Positions 1-9,898 of a stretch of 36,648 nt of DNA are shown one piece after another. This DNA comes from Veleropilina oligotropha. Taxonomy: Eukaryota. The notes beneath the pieces were generated by a model that worked only from the letters and a program-made list of their open reading frames with translations, ran no database searches and was not told where the DNA came from. Numbering within the stretch: position 1 is the first letter of the stretch; every line of letters begins with the position of its first letter. The position numbers and the translations under genes are program-made. The stretch is from positions 62,001 through 98,648 of the forward strand of contig JBEUKZ010000053.1 in assembly GCA_048128005.1 (NCBI GenBank), given 5' to 3'.

Positions 1-154
1 CGCGTGTGATTCTCGAGTTTTCGCGTCAAAAATCTCGAGTTTTCGACCTCTCTACTTTTGGACTTCTCGAGTTTTAGCGGCGAAAAGTCGAGATTTAATA
101 TATTAAATCTCGAGTTTTCGTGGCGAAAAGTCGAGATGGTCGTAAGCAGCCATA
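1..154. mobile_element. Right end of a probable IS3EU-like non-autonomous DNA transposon (left part outside window)
   Basis: Array of TCTCGAGTTTT and GAAAAGTCGAGA motifs ends at GCAGCCATA (CCATA 150-154), i.e. a 5'-TATGG terminus on the minus strand. TAYGG ends are the IS3EU signature as I recall it. The partner end and TSD are not visible. Confidence 0.45.
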
Positions 155-279
155 AATTCGTTCCTAATTCGATTAAACATGTCAACTTTCATTCACAATG
201 TCACTACAGCATGTATGAACATTTACTTGTTCATTTATTACCATACATTTATAAAATGTATGTTAACAGAACCTTTATA

Positions 280-342
280 AATAATAACAAAGTTAATATT
301 TATACAGCGCCCTTTCCAACGGAATTGCTCAAAGACGCTTAG
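280..342 (-). mobile_element. Short L2-type LINE/SINE 3' end fragment
   Basis: AATAATAAC...ATTTATACAGCGCC...GCTCAAAGACGCTT resembles the ATTTATAATGCGCC...GCTCTAAGCGC L2-type 3' end at about 23376-23412. Confidence 0.4.
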
Positions 343-1936
343 TTATATTAAAGAGCCTATGACATCTGCTTTAATACACGTAATGGTATATATGGCACGA
401 AAGATGGAACCATGTAGTATTTATTTGCGTAGTTTCATAACATTTGGTTACTTAGTTATTTTTTAAAACTGAAATGAAATTACGAATTGGAACTCTTCAA
501 TGAACACGCCCATTTTACTTCGTCCGCCATCTTGAAACGTCACTACCGTCAATCGACTTGTAAACAATGGCGTCGAACAGCGCGATTGTCGTTATCGAGG
601 AGTGTGAAATATTTAATTCTGACTTCGACACGAACCTTTTAATGGAAATTTTGCTTGCGAATCCGAGACGGGACCATAATTATATGGCTTACATAAGCGG
701 TTAGGTATTGAACATTAAATATTTTGAAAAAGACTAAGAAGAAGCGACCGTATCCGACTCAGAGGAAAATTGTTTATGGGGCGAGTGTGGCAGGTACAAC
801 CTAGCAGACGCTTACAAAACAACGAATGGCACGTGAGTAAATAGTGTATGCTAATTCGAAAATATCGATTAAATATATTTTACTTTAGCGTAAATTCCAA
901 CAATTTCCTTATTTTACACGTAAACATAGCTTGGGCCCCCCGACTAAACTTCCACATTCGCGCAGGTAGTCACGGAGCTCGCAGCAATGTTAGTAATTAA
1001 TGTTTTTTTAAAATCTGGAGTAATAATATGTTTTTTTATTTCTACTAACCCAGATCACTCAAGGTGATATTATTGGATTCATATTATTAATGCAATCTCT
1101 CTCTCTGTATCACGAATAGGGAGACAACTCTAGTGACTTGCGTTTGTGTAGGTTTCCTCAAAATATTTTATCATTTGATCAGAATGTTTCTCTTCAAGGT
1201 AAGGTCAAAGTGATTTTCTGTTTCCATAATTATATATCAAATCTGTAACCTGTTGAAAACAAAATGTGACAAGATGCATTTCACTGTATGAAATGCCGGT
1301 AGGAACGCGATATATTAGGTCAATATTTGATGTTCAAGGATTGACATTTAAAATGTTAACTAATAACATCACCAATATTTGTTACGTAATTTTCTCAACT
1401 TAAGTTTTGTTTTGATGCAACTGCGTGCTACTATTGTTTTATTATATTTGACAGTAATTAAGTATATTGTGTAAGGTACGGTATCCCGTGACATGGTTCA
1501 ATCTACTTACCTGATTGTGCAGATTTGTCGGTGTGGGTACCCTTCACGGTCAAGGACAGACAATTCAGAATTACATGTATATGTACTTATAATACCGGCA
1601 TTCCCAATTGGCAATATGACAATAGATTCTAAATCAAATCTCATGCTTTCAACGATTCATGTTGTTTTGTAATCTTGTTTACTGTATGCAACCTTATTGC
1701 ATTCTGAATATTTTGGTTAGAAATGATTATATGCAATATAACAATGTCTTAGCGTTGTGAGTATTACAGTTACACTCATATTACGATATAGTACTGTATT
1801 GATTGTTCAGGCTCGGCAATTGAATGTTCAAAACCGGTCGATAACATTTTGGAACTATTAGTAACAGTGCTGACATGGGAGTTTTTACAGGCCATTATTG
1901 GACATATCCAGATGACATTACATTGTGCTAAATGAG

Positions 1937-2096
1937 TTCAAGTTAAGAATCATAGTTGTCCGTAACTGGTCGGAGAAGGCGGGTTTCCCCGGGCGACCAG
2001 GCTTTCTTTCCGCGATAATACGGACATGTCCTGCTTTGAACCAAATGATGGTTGGAAATATACAGCCAGGACATTAGGCATCGATCCTTTCCTTTT
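1937..2096 (+). mobile_element. 5'-truncated tRNA-derived SINE (family A)
   Basis: Closely similar to about 11992-12148. Perfect 14-bp TSD TTGTGCTAAATGAG at 1923-1936 and 2097-2110. Confidence 0.85.
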
Positions 2097-2175
2097 TTGT
2101 GCTAAATGAGACATTCTAAAGCAAACCATACGAAATCGTATGATAATGTAAATGAAGTAAGCTGTTAATTTCCAG

Positions 2176-2625
2176 AGCAGGATATTTGGACTCTGTTGAT
2201 CGATTATAGTATTATATGCTGTTGTATCATCCCGATTACAATGTGTGTATCCAAGATGTCTATCAGGCTTGTACAAATCGGATTAATCCACATTTAGCAA
2301 GTTGGGAAAAACTCAATCACAGAGTATCCATTCCATGAAGATAATTATAATTTACACATTATATTTATTTCCTTGAATATTTGTTGATGTCGGCTCCACT
2401 GAAATCATGCTACTTGCTTTATAACATCGTCTTCGTTACTTCCATGACCTCAGTCATTCATTAATAACAAGATTTGATTTCATGTTTTTGTATACAGATA
2501 GAAGCAGCACACAGGATATCTACAATTCGTGCTATGGTGCTACAAATACCTTGGAAGGTACAACATAATTCCTGTCTGTCATCATCGTAGTCTATTTAAT
2601 GTCAAGCAAACCTTTTCCGAACATA
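2176..2625 (+). pseudogene. KolX / P2X7-ballast-like (nanor-like Cys/Zn domain) gene remnant, two apparent exons
   Basis: Manual translation gives YHPDYNVCIQDVYQA near 2225-2270. After an AG acceptor at 2496-2497 it gives *KQHTGYLQFVLWCYKYLGRYNIIPV...LFNVKQTF. This matches the recalled family pattern HPxFxxVCL...RHxAYRQFVxWxxxxLGxxxRxxxPSCVVxxIRxxFP. In-frame stops are present. Confidence 0.6.
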
Positions 2626-2914
2626 CCTATTACATATTGGATCAATTGATGGTAAAAATGCTTTGCAGATAAATTGAAGACCATGGCATGCACCAAAAGT
2701 GTTAAAATGAACTTGTGCTTAGATATTGCATATAAATATAGATAATGAATTTAAAATTTCTAATACTTAAATATGCAATCTATCTATCTATACTCCGTCA
2801 CACTATCTCAGGCAAGCTAAGCTAACTAGTCACGCTTGCTTTCAAGCGACACCAACTTGGGGGGGGGGGGGGATAACCTCTGCCGTAACTCAGGCAAGCT
2901 ATTAAAGCTAACTT

Positions 2915-3145
2915 CGGCAGCGCAGTGGGTAAGAGTGTCCACTCTAAATTCACTGGCTTGATTCCGCTAATGCGAACAGTAGTGGGTTCAATACCTGGCT
3001 GAGGCATTGACATTTGTTCGCGACTGGCCGAAGAGGGCGGGTTTACCCAGGCGACTGGGGTTTCCTCCCGCGATAACACGGACTTGTCCTGCCTTGAACC
3101 TCGATGCTGTAAATATAGAGGACATTAAGCATCATTCCTCCCTCC
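2915..3145 (+). mobile_element. tRNA-derived SINE (family A relative) with V-SINE-like core
   Basis: A-box-like GCAGCGCAGTGG and B-box GGTTCAATACC. Core GGGTTTACCCAGGCGACTGGGGTTTCCTCCC, then a GGACATTAAGCATC + (CCTC)n tail shared with the other copies. Possible TSD CTAACTT at 2908-2914 and 3146-3152. Confidence 0.8.
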
Positions 3146-3465
3146 CTAACTTGGGCAAAGTTACTTGGATAAATATAGGTATGGTTGCGATCGGCCGATA
3201 CCAACTTGCCGCGAGGGTTCGAGGGCCACCGGCATGTGGCAAAGCTCTATTATAATAATACAATATGATGACGTGCATATAATTCTTATAGGCGACAATA
3301 AACATTTAATTCAGACAATTTGCCTATTTTTCATGACAATATGGTTATACAGTTTAAACACTTACCGATTGTTTATTTTCTTCACGTTGGGGCAAGGTAC
3401 ATCTGGGTGGGTGAGTGTTTATCGTTTATACAATCTGAAATAAAACATAATTTTCATATATGTCA

Positions 3466-4780
3466 TCACTCATGTAATGATGGTGACTCTGAAGTCGGTA
3501 CAGTTGTGTTAAACTTTGTGACGGAGTGTATGCTCAAAAGACAACAATTTATGACCACAACCGTATGAACTTTAATTTCATTAATTAAGTCAAGGAAGTT
3601 TGTATTTTTACTTATATTTTTCCAAGGCGAATTACTCAGTACATGTATTTGTTTCGTGCTAATATGATGTACTTTTCGATATATTAGGTTTGTCCCATCA
3701 CGTACGTGATTATTTGTGCAGTGGGACCTCTTCATCCGCTCTGGTCAGTGGGCTTCTTCGGGCTGGTGTGTTACGACATGACCATAGGGTGGTGTTCCGC
3801 AATACCACCTGGCGGTCATGGCGTGACTTTTCGGTCTGGGGAGGGTCCGCTGGCCGGGGGGGGGGGGGGGGGTCTTGCTGGGCAGATGTTCGTAATGAGG
3901 CAAACCTGATCTATTTATTTATTTAAAAAATCAAACCTATGAATCTCATTACATTTAGTATCATTTGATTAACTTAACTATTTTATGTTTGTATGCCTAC
4001 AATTATTTTCTCACCATGTTATGTTTTATTGTCTTTGTCCAAAGCTATATCTGCTTGTATGTAGATTTTGTGCTTATTAAAATTGATTGATATGTATTAT
4101 TATTATCTCTAAATTAAGAAAGTCGATTTTAAATAAATTATTACTGTGCAGCTATTATATAATATTATAAAATATTAGAAGTGTCTGCTAAATTATAAAT
4201 CGTAAAGGATTCGAAATGAAAATGATTCTGTATATTTGGAAAGTTATGGAAATAATCAGTGTTTACAAACAGGCTATAAACCAGTTACTGGTAGTTTATA
4301 GAGCAGTATATTAATTATAATAAATATGTTACAATGAACCTGAAATCTAGCAAAATGACCGTGCTAAAATTCAATAAGCCTCCTTACCTCAATACCTGTA
4401 AATACGGTCACAGACCGAGAGCAGTTCATCCGTTCTCAATTTTCCATGGATTCCCTGTTTGATGAATTCGCGTTGCTATCTCCCCGTTTGATTAAATAAA
4501 TGATGCCGACGCTTTCGTCAGTGTCAGGAAACAGATATGTGGCACGCTTGTGGTAAAAATTCATCTCATTACAATCCTAGTTTTGAAAATGAAATCTTCA
4601 TGATGATTGATGCCAGGAAGACTACGGAGTACGGTCGGGACGACTCTGTGCGATTACACTGTGTTCGTCGTTCGCTTCGTCGTACAATACCGTCTCCGTG
4701 GAAAGTAATAAACATAAAATATATATTCTGGCGCGACATTAGAACATATTGTTACAACATTTCACGATATTATGTCGTAA
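3466..4780 (-). pseudogene. Highly degraded Kolobok transposase remnants (THAP-like N-terminus, C-terminal catalytic-region-like piece)
   Basis: Frame-broken minus-strand translations give IVKCCNN..YYFPR..PYSVV..VP..LFP (about 4530-4780, THAP-like) and ALEK..NTNFLDLI..HT..SIHSVTKF..LH (about 3470-3630). The orientation is convergent with the KolX-like gene. Evidence is weak. Confidence 0.3.
3685..3908. mobile_element. Small GC-rich MITE (TAGG/CAGG ends, possibly hAT-derived)
   Basis: Imperfect TIR TAGGTTTGTCCCATCACG vs reverse complement CAGGTTTGCCTCATTACG. Internal stem-loop CATGACC..GGTGGT..ACCACC..GGTCATG and a long G run. No clean TSD. Confidence 0.5.
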
Positions 4781-5591
4781 ATTTAAAAAAAATGATGTAA
4801 TAGCGAATTAAAAGTAGGCTTTCACGATATTTGCCATGCGTGTCAACGCTATCTTTGTAGTGTAAACAACCGCACCCGCGTCATTTCCGGTTGACTCAAT
4901 GAAAACATGGATTATACGCGGAAGAATGAAAAACGTTAAAATTTACTTTTATTGCATTTTTTCCATTTTTTTGCATCTAGATGGTGTATATCATTGATAT
5001 ATAAGCAGTAAAGCCATGAAAATGACCTATGAGGTGTCATAAGCACTTTAATAGTTTATTACACATGGCAACCACGGGGGCTGAAGTTTACAAACATTGG
5101 GGATAACTATGATTATTTAATTAAACAACAGGCACACATAAAATATTAACGAAACGTATTAGATATTAAAGGGCATTAAAATACATACACTAAATTTAAA
5201 GGGACATGGAAGGTATATAAAGGATACTGTTAAAATACCGGGAAAAGTGGCACCCCGGCCTTTAATGATACACTTTAAGATACATAAAAGATAAAGTTAA
5301 AGTTATTAAAAGATGGATAAAAGATATATTTAAAGATATTTAAAAGGTACATAAAGGATATAGTTAAAGATAAAATAAAGATAGTTAAAAACAGACGTAT
5401 TATTGGCAGTTTGAGAGCGAGTGGATGATGAAACTTTTGCGAAAACGTTCATTGCGGATTTTCGGGAGATGATATTTGTTAGATATTCGGAGGTAATGTG
5501 CAGTGGAGATATCTGGCAGGAGACAGTTTAGTTTGTTATCGGGAACACATATAATTCATGGGCTGGGTACCGAAGTCATGCACCCCTTTAA

Positions 5592-6042
5592 AGAGACTAT
5601 TGCCCGTAAATGCGCTCTTTTTTCTTTAAAAAGAAAACTAACCGCATTACACTTATTGTTTGTTTCATCAAAAGTTAGGAATTTTCAACACCTAACTTTC
5701 GTCAGTAATTTACTACCGTTTAAATAAATCGCTAATGAACATTTAAAAATAATTAAAAGCGGTCAGCTTTTAATTACCTCGCACCGAGTGACATTTTCAA
5801 TTGACCTAGTTGGAGCACAGTTACGTACATTTCTGCTCGTAAAGTAAGATAGCTTTCTACTTGACAAATGTCAATAATATATATTGCCCAGTTACAATAA
5901 TAATTTCAAAAAAGTCTATCATTTGATCATATATCGATCATATCTTCGCGAAATTTGAATCGATCTGCGCGAGCCATGCGATGGGAGGTGATCAGCCATG
6001 CTACACAGTCACAAAAGAGCGCATTTACGGGCAATAGTGACT
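5592..6042. mobile_element. Non-autonomous TTAA-targeting MITE (Kolobok-type)
   Basis: 30-bp TIR AGAGACTATTGCCCGTAAATGCGCTCTTTT vs reverse complement AGTCACTATTGCCCGTAAATGCGCTCTTTT (28/30). TTAA at 5588-5591 and 6043-6046. Confidence 0.85.
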
Positions 6043-6368
6043 TTAACCCGCCGATTAAAAACGATAATAAACACGTCTGTTATGATTATCTTGTGTAATT
6101 TTGATTGGTTACTTTAATTTAGAATAACCAATGATAGAGCGGGTCACAAAATTTCATTTTCTCCTGTGTGGGACTATTTTGCTATGCGAGTTTTTGCGAT
6201 TCCTGCCACTCGAGATTAAAACATGACAACGGTCAAGGGAAAATACTGCAACTAACGACCAATATTTACTCGAAATATTATGACCAGACATTCAGGTAAG
6301 ATTGTTTAACTCCCGATAGTCATAGCATACAAAAGTCTATGTAGTAGTTTGAAATTTACTGCCCGCTA

Positions 6369-6393
6369 GGCCGCTTCGACAGCTGTTTGGTAT
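6369..6393 (+). mobile_element. 5' stub of a family A SINE, separated from its body by the LINE
   Basis: CTTCGACAGCTGTTTGGTA resembles CTTCGGCAGCGCAGTGGGTA at 2912-2931. It follows the left TSD copy TTTACTGCCCGCTA (6355-6368). Confidence 0.7.
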
Positions 6394-6418
6394 AATAATA
6401 ATAATAATAATAATAATA
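6392..6418 (-). repeat. (TAA/TTA)n microsatellite tail of the LINE
   Basis: Trinucleotide run immediately downstream of the LINE polyadenylation signal. Confidence 0.9.
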
Positions 6419-6727
6419 CTTTATTTAGAGAGGGAGAACAGTTAGTTTACAACCAATCTTCCCTGAGTCCCTCTCTATCTAATCTAAAGGATCTAACAAT
6501 AATACACAGAGTAAGTTCTAAGTGATAAAGAGATAAATACAGGTTATGACATATAAATAAAAAGCAATAACAACAGTACAGGCATAAATTAAATCAATGA
6601 GGGAATGTAATATTAATGAAATATGTTGCCATGGCAACACAGTAACGCACATTTTTAATGAAACACAATTAATTAACAAGTTACTAGAAAAGAAAGATAA
6701 AATTACATATGTACAGAAATATTAGAC

Positions 6728-9700
6728 TCATAATTTTTGTTTAAAATAATTAACAATGTTTGTGTTAAATTGATGATTTGTTGAAGAATGCTTCACAGTT
6801 TGGGGTAATTCATTCCAAAGTTGAGCGCCAGTATATTGAAACGTCCTACGTAAGGATTCTCCACGAGGTTTGGGAAGATATATTTTATTTGAACCATTTG
6901 ATCTTAGATGCATTCCAGGGATATCTTTTGTAAGTTTAAATTTAAATTTTTCTGTCAGATAGTTTGGTGCCATGTTATTGATAGCCTTATACATCATTTT
7001 CCCTTTCATTACTTCAATTCTCTGAGTAAATGGTAACCATCCGAGTCTTTTGAACATTGTTTTACTTGGTATTTCAAAATTATCATTAAGAATTATTCTG
7101 GCAGCTTGTTTTTGAAGTCGCTCAATGCGCTTGATAGATGACATAGAGCAATTACCCCACACTGTGCAGCAGTAGTCCATTATAGATAAAATATAACTGT
7201 TATAAAAAAGTATCCGAAGCTGCTTAGGAAGATACTTTTTTATTCTGCGCAGTAACGCTAATCTTGATGATATAACAGAACATACATAATCAATGTGACA
7301 GTTCCAGTTTAGATTTTTGTCAACATAAACACCCAACAGCTTTTCTGATGATGAACTTTTAATGGTCTTACCATTTAGTGTTATGTTGATGTCTGGCTGT
7401 GTGTTCAATTTCTGTCTGTTACCGATCAATAATGATTTTGTTTTTTCTACATTTATTAACATGCCATTTTGTGAACACCAGAGGTCAACCCTTTCTATAT
7501 CCTGCGATAAATTATCAACTATTTTGTCAGTGGTCGCGGCTGATGAATGAATTGTGGTATCATCGCAATAAAGTTCTGTATTGCAAGATTTAATGCATAA
7601 CGGTAAATCGTTAATAAAAATAAGAAATAAAATGGGTCCTAAAATTGAACCCTGTGGGACACCAAATCTGACAGCAGTAGAATCAGATTCGCTATTAGCA
7701 ATACATACTTTTTGTTTTCTATCAGAAAGATATGACTTTGTCCAATTACACGCATTGACATTAAGTCCATAGAGTGAAAGTTTGCGTAAAAGTAATTCAT
7801 GATCGACTAAGTCAAAAGCCTTTTGTAGGTCAACTAGTACAGTGCCTACCATATTTCCATTATCCATCTCAGTTAACCATTCATCGGTTACTTTAAGTAG
7901 CGCTGTTTGACAGGAATGATTATGTCGAAATCCAGATTGTGACTTGTGAAGTAGGTTATTGTCTTTTAAATATTTTTGAAGTTGATTGCCTACATGTCTC
8001 TCAAATATTTTCGAAATTGTTGGTAAGATTGAAATTGGACGATAATTTTCAGGCAGTGTCTTTTTTCCTTTTTTATGTATTGGTATCATTCTAGCGTGTT
8101 TTAGTGTCAAGGGAAAAATACCTTTACTTAGACTTAAGTTAAGTATATAAGTTAATGATTGTGAAATTAGTGGGGCACAAATCTTTAATATCCTGGGACC
8201 AAGTCCATCTAAGCCTGTCGATTTACTGACGTCTAACTTTTCCAAAGCCATATTAACTTCAGCACAGGTTATATACCTAATTTCAAATTGAGGGACCCTT
8301 GTTAGCTTTTGTTGTAAAAATGACTTTAGATCTGAAAGATCTGGAGAAAGACAGGTGCCGTCTTTCAGAATTAACGCAATATCTTTGAAGTATTTGCTGA
8401 AAGAATCTGCAATATCGTTCATATCATTACTCAGTTGACCATTAATTTCCATAGATGTAGGATATGAGGTAGTATTCTTTTTCGTCCTTGATATGTCATG
8501 TAATACTTTCCACATATTTTTCACATTTGTTCTCTCCTCAACAGATGTTTTGACCATTTTTTTCTTCGCATTTTCTATTAATGTTTTGGCCTTATTCCTC
8601 CATAATTTATAATTAGAATGGTCGTGTTTTTGTTTAAATTTATCTCTTACTTGCCATGCTTCCTTAATATCATCATTGAGCCAATCTGGCTGCCTCTGAT
8701 GTCGAACGCGTCTAGTTTTTATAGGAGCATGTGCATTCAAAACATTCATAATTGAATTATACCACATTTCAAGGCACACATCGGGCTCGTCATGGTACTC
8801 AATCTCGTGTAATGGCATACATGATAAATCATATAAAAACTGTTTCTCATCAAATTGCTTATAATTTCTGTATTTTATTTCAAAATGATGTATCTTTTTC
8901 TGAACATTAAAATTATATTTTGTGACGCAAGTCGGATAATGATCGCTTAGACCATATACAGGTATTCGCACGTCTGTAATGTGCTCTGGATGAGTTGTAT
9001 ACAGATGGTCAATAATTGAGCTGCTTGTTTTAGTGACTCGCGTTGGGGACTTTATTATCTGATGCAAATTATGAGATTGAACAATGTCTTTCCATTTAGG
9101 AGGAAGTGAAGATACATCAGTGTAGTCAATATTAAAGTCGCCAAGAATAATTATTTCTTTATCTAGATTAAGTGCTTTAGTAAGTTGAACGTCATAATGA
9201 TCAAACCAGCTGACGTTAGCACTAGGTGGTCGATAACAAAACGAGATAAGAAACGGCCTACTCTTAAAAGATGAAATTTCGATCCATATAGATTCTGTTT
9301 CATTATCTTCTAAATCGAGTCTTCTATCAAATTGAATATGGTCGTGAAAATATACAATTATGCCACCGCCGCCTTTTCCACTTCTATCCCTTCTTGTAAA
9401 TTTGTAATTATTAATGCTAACTTCGGCATTCGCTATATCATCATTTAAGAATGTCTCTGTGAAACCAATAATGTCAGGCAGAGAGATACTAATTTCTACT
9501 TCCAGCTCATCTAACTTTGGCAATAGATGACATATGTTTAAATGAACAATATTAAGTCCTTTCATTTTGGATTCGAAGGGATGAGTAACTGGCAACGCTG
9601 TGTTAATATTAAGTTGAGTCCATATATATGCAAACAAGATAATCAATAAATATAACATACAAGCATTAAGTACACCATCATTCACATCCAAAAAAGAGGG

Positions 9701-9841
9701 CTCAGGGGTAAATATGCATATCCTTCCAATAATAACAGATAATGTCTGATCTTGTCCATTGACAAAATCTTGCATAACCGTGGCATGTATATCCATACAG
9801 CAGCAGGAGACATTGTTGCATTCTGCGCATATTGTGAGCAA
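6728..9841 (-). CDS. LINE ORF2: AP-like endonuclease + reverse transcriptase (uninterrupted; first ATG at 9796)
   Basis: EN motifs HLNI, TETFL, YRPP, GDFN, IIDH, SDH. RT motifs NYRPISIL, QSGFR, DLQKAFD, GVPQGSILGP, YCDD, LLGV. C-terminal AQLWNELP. Confidence 0.96.
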   Translation of the reverse strand: MLTICAECNNVSCCCMDIHATVMQDFVNGQDQTLSVIIGRICIFTPEPSFLDVNDGVLNACMLYLLIILFAYIWTQLNINTALPVTHPFESKMKGLNIVHLNICHLLPKLDELEVEISISLPDIIGFTETFLNDDIANAEVSINNYKFTRRDRSGKGGGGIIVYFHDHIQFDRRLDLEDNETESIWIEISSFKSRPFLISFCYRPPSANVSWFDHYDVQLTKALNLDKEIIILGDFNIDYTDVSSLPPKWKDIVQSHNLHQIIKSPTRVTKTSSSIIDHLYTTHPEHITDVRIPVYGLSDHYPTCVTKYNFNVQKKIHHFEIKYRNYKQFDEKQFLYDLSCMPLHEIEYHDEPDVCLEMWYNSIMNVLNAHAPIKTRRVRHQRQPDWLNDDIKEAWQVRDKFKQKHDHSNYKLWRNKAKTLIENAKKKMVKTSVEERTNVKNMWKVLHDISRTKKNTTSYPTSMEINGQLSNDMNDIADSFSKYFKDIALILKDGTCLSPDLSDLKSFLQQKLTRVPQFEIRYITCAEVNMALEKLDVSKSTGLDGLGPRILKICAPLISQSLTYILNLSLSKGIFPLTLKHARMIPIHKKGKKTLPENYRPISILPTISKIFERHVGNQLQKYLKDNNLLHKSQSGFRHNHSCQTALLKVTDEWLTEMDNGNMVGTVLVDLQKAFDLVDHELLLRKLSLYGLNVNACNWTKSYLSDRKQKVCIANSESDSTAVRFGVPQGSILGPILFLIFINDLPLCIKSCNTELYCDDTTIHSSAATTDKIVDNLSQDIERVDLWCSQNGMLINVEKTKSLLIGNRQKLNTQPDINITLNGKTIKSSSSEKLLGVYVDKNLNWNCHIDYVCSVISSRLALLRRIKKYLPKQLRILFYNSYILSIMDYCCTVWGNCSMSSIKRIERLQKQAARIILNDNFEIPSKTMFKRLGWLPFTQRIEVMKGKMMYKAINNMAPNYLTEKFKFKLTKDIPGMHLRSNGSNKIYLPKPRGESLRRTFQYTGAQLWNELPQTVKHSSTNHQFNTNIVNYFKQKL

Positions 9842-9898
9842 GGCACTATATTTATTGTTCTGTAGGAATGTTTCGGCACTTGCTGCTTGGCCGTACTC

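Larger units (their letters stand above)
352..5047. mobile_element. Decayed Kolobok DNA transposon
   Basis: TTAA at 348-351 and 5048-5051 flanks 16-bp TIRs: AGAGCCTATGACATCT (352-367) vs the reverse complement of 5032-5047, AGTGCTTATGACACCT (13/16). Termini are purine-purine. Internally there is a KolX-like remnant on + and weak THAP/transposase-like remnants on -. Confidence 0.7.

Noticed and set aside
520..580. YY1-like motifs (CCGCCATCTTG, AACAATGGCG) as a host promoter
   Set aside because: They lie inside the Kolobok span and at most reflect an element promoter; this cannot be tested from sequence.
2915..3006. tRNA genes at the A/B-box sites (also 11897-11980 and 15876-15957)
   Set aside because: No convincing cloverleaf, and each continues into a SINE core and simple-repeat tail.
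3150..3265. Possible retroelement 3' end (..GGCAAAGCTCTATTATAATAATA)
   Set aside because: Too short, with no second copy or coding remnant to assign it.
6120..6300. Host promoter and first exon (CCAAT near 6129, CAG|GTAAG donor at 6296, possible acceptor near 12232 after removing inserts)
   Set aside because: No supporting ORF or recognisable protein, and such short motifs occur by chance.
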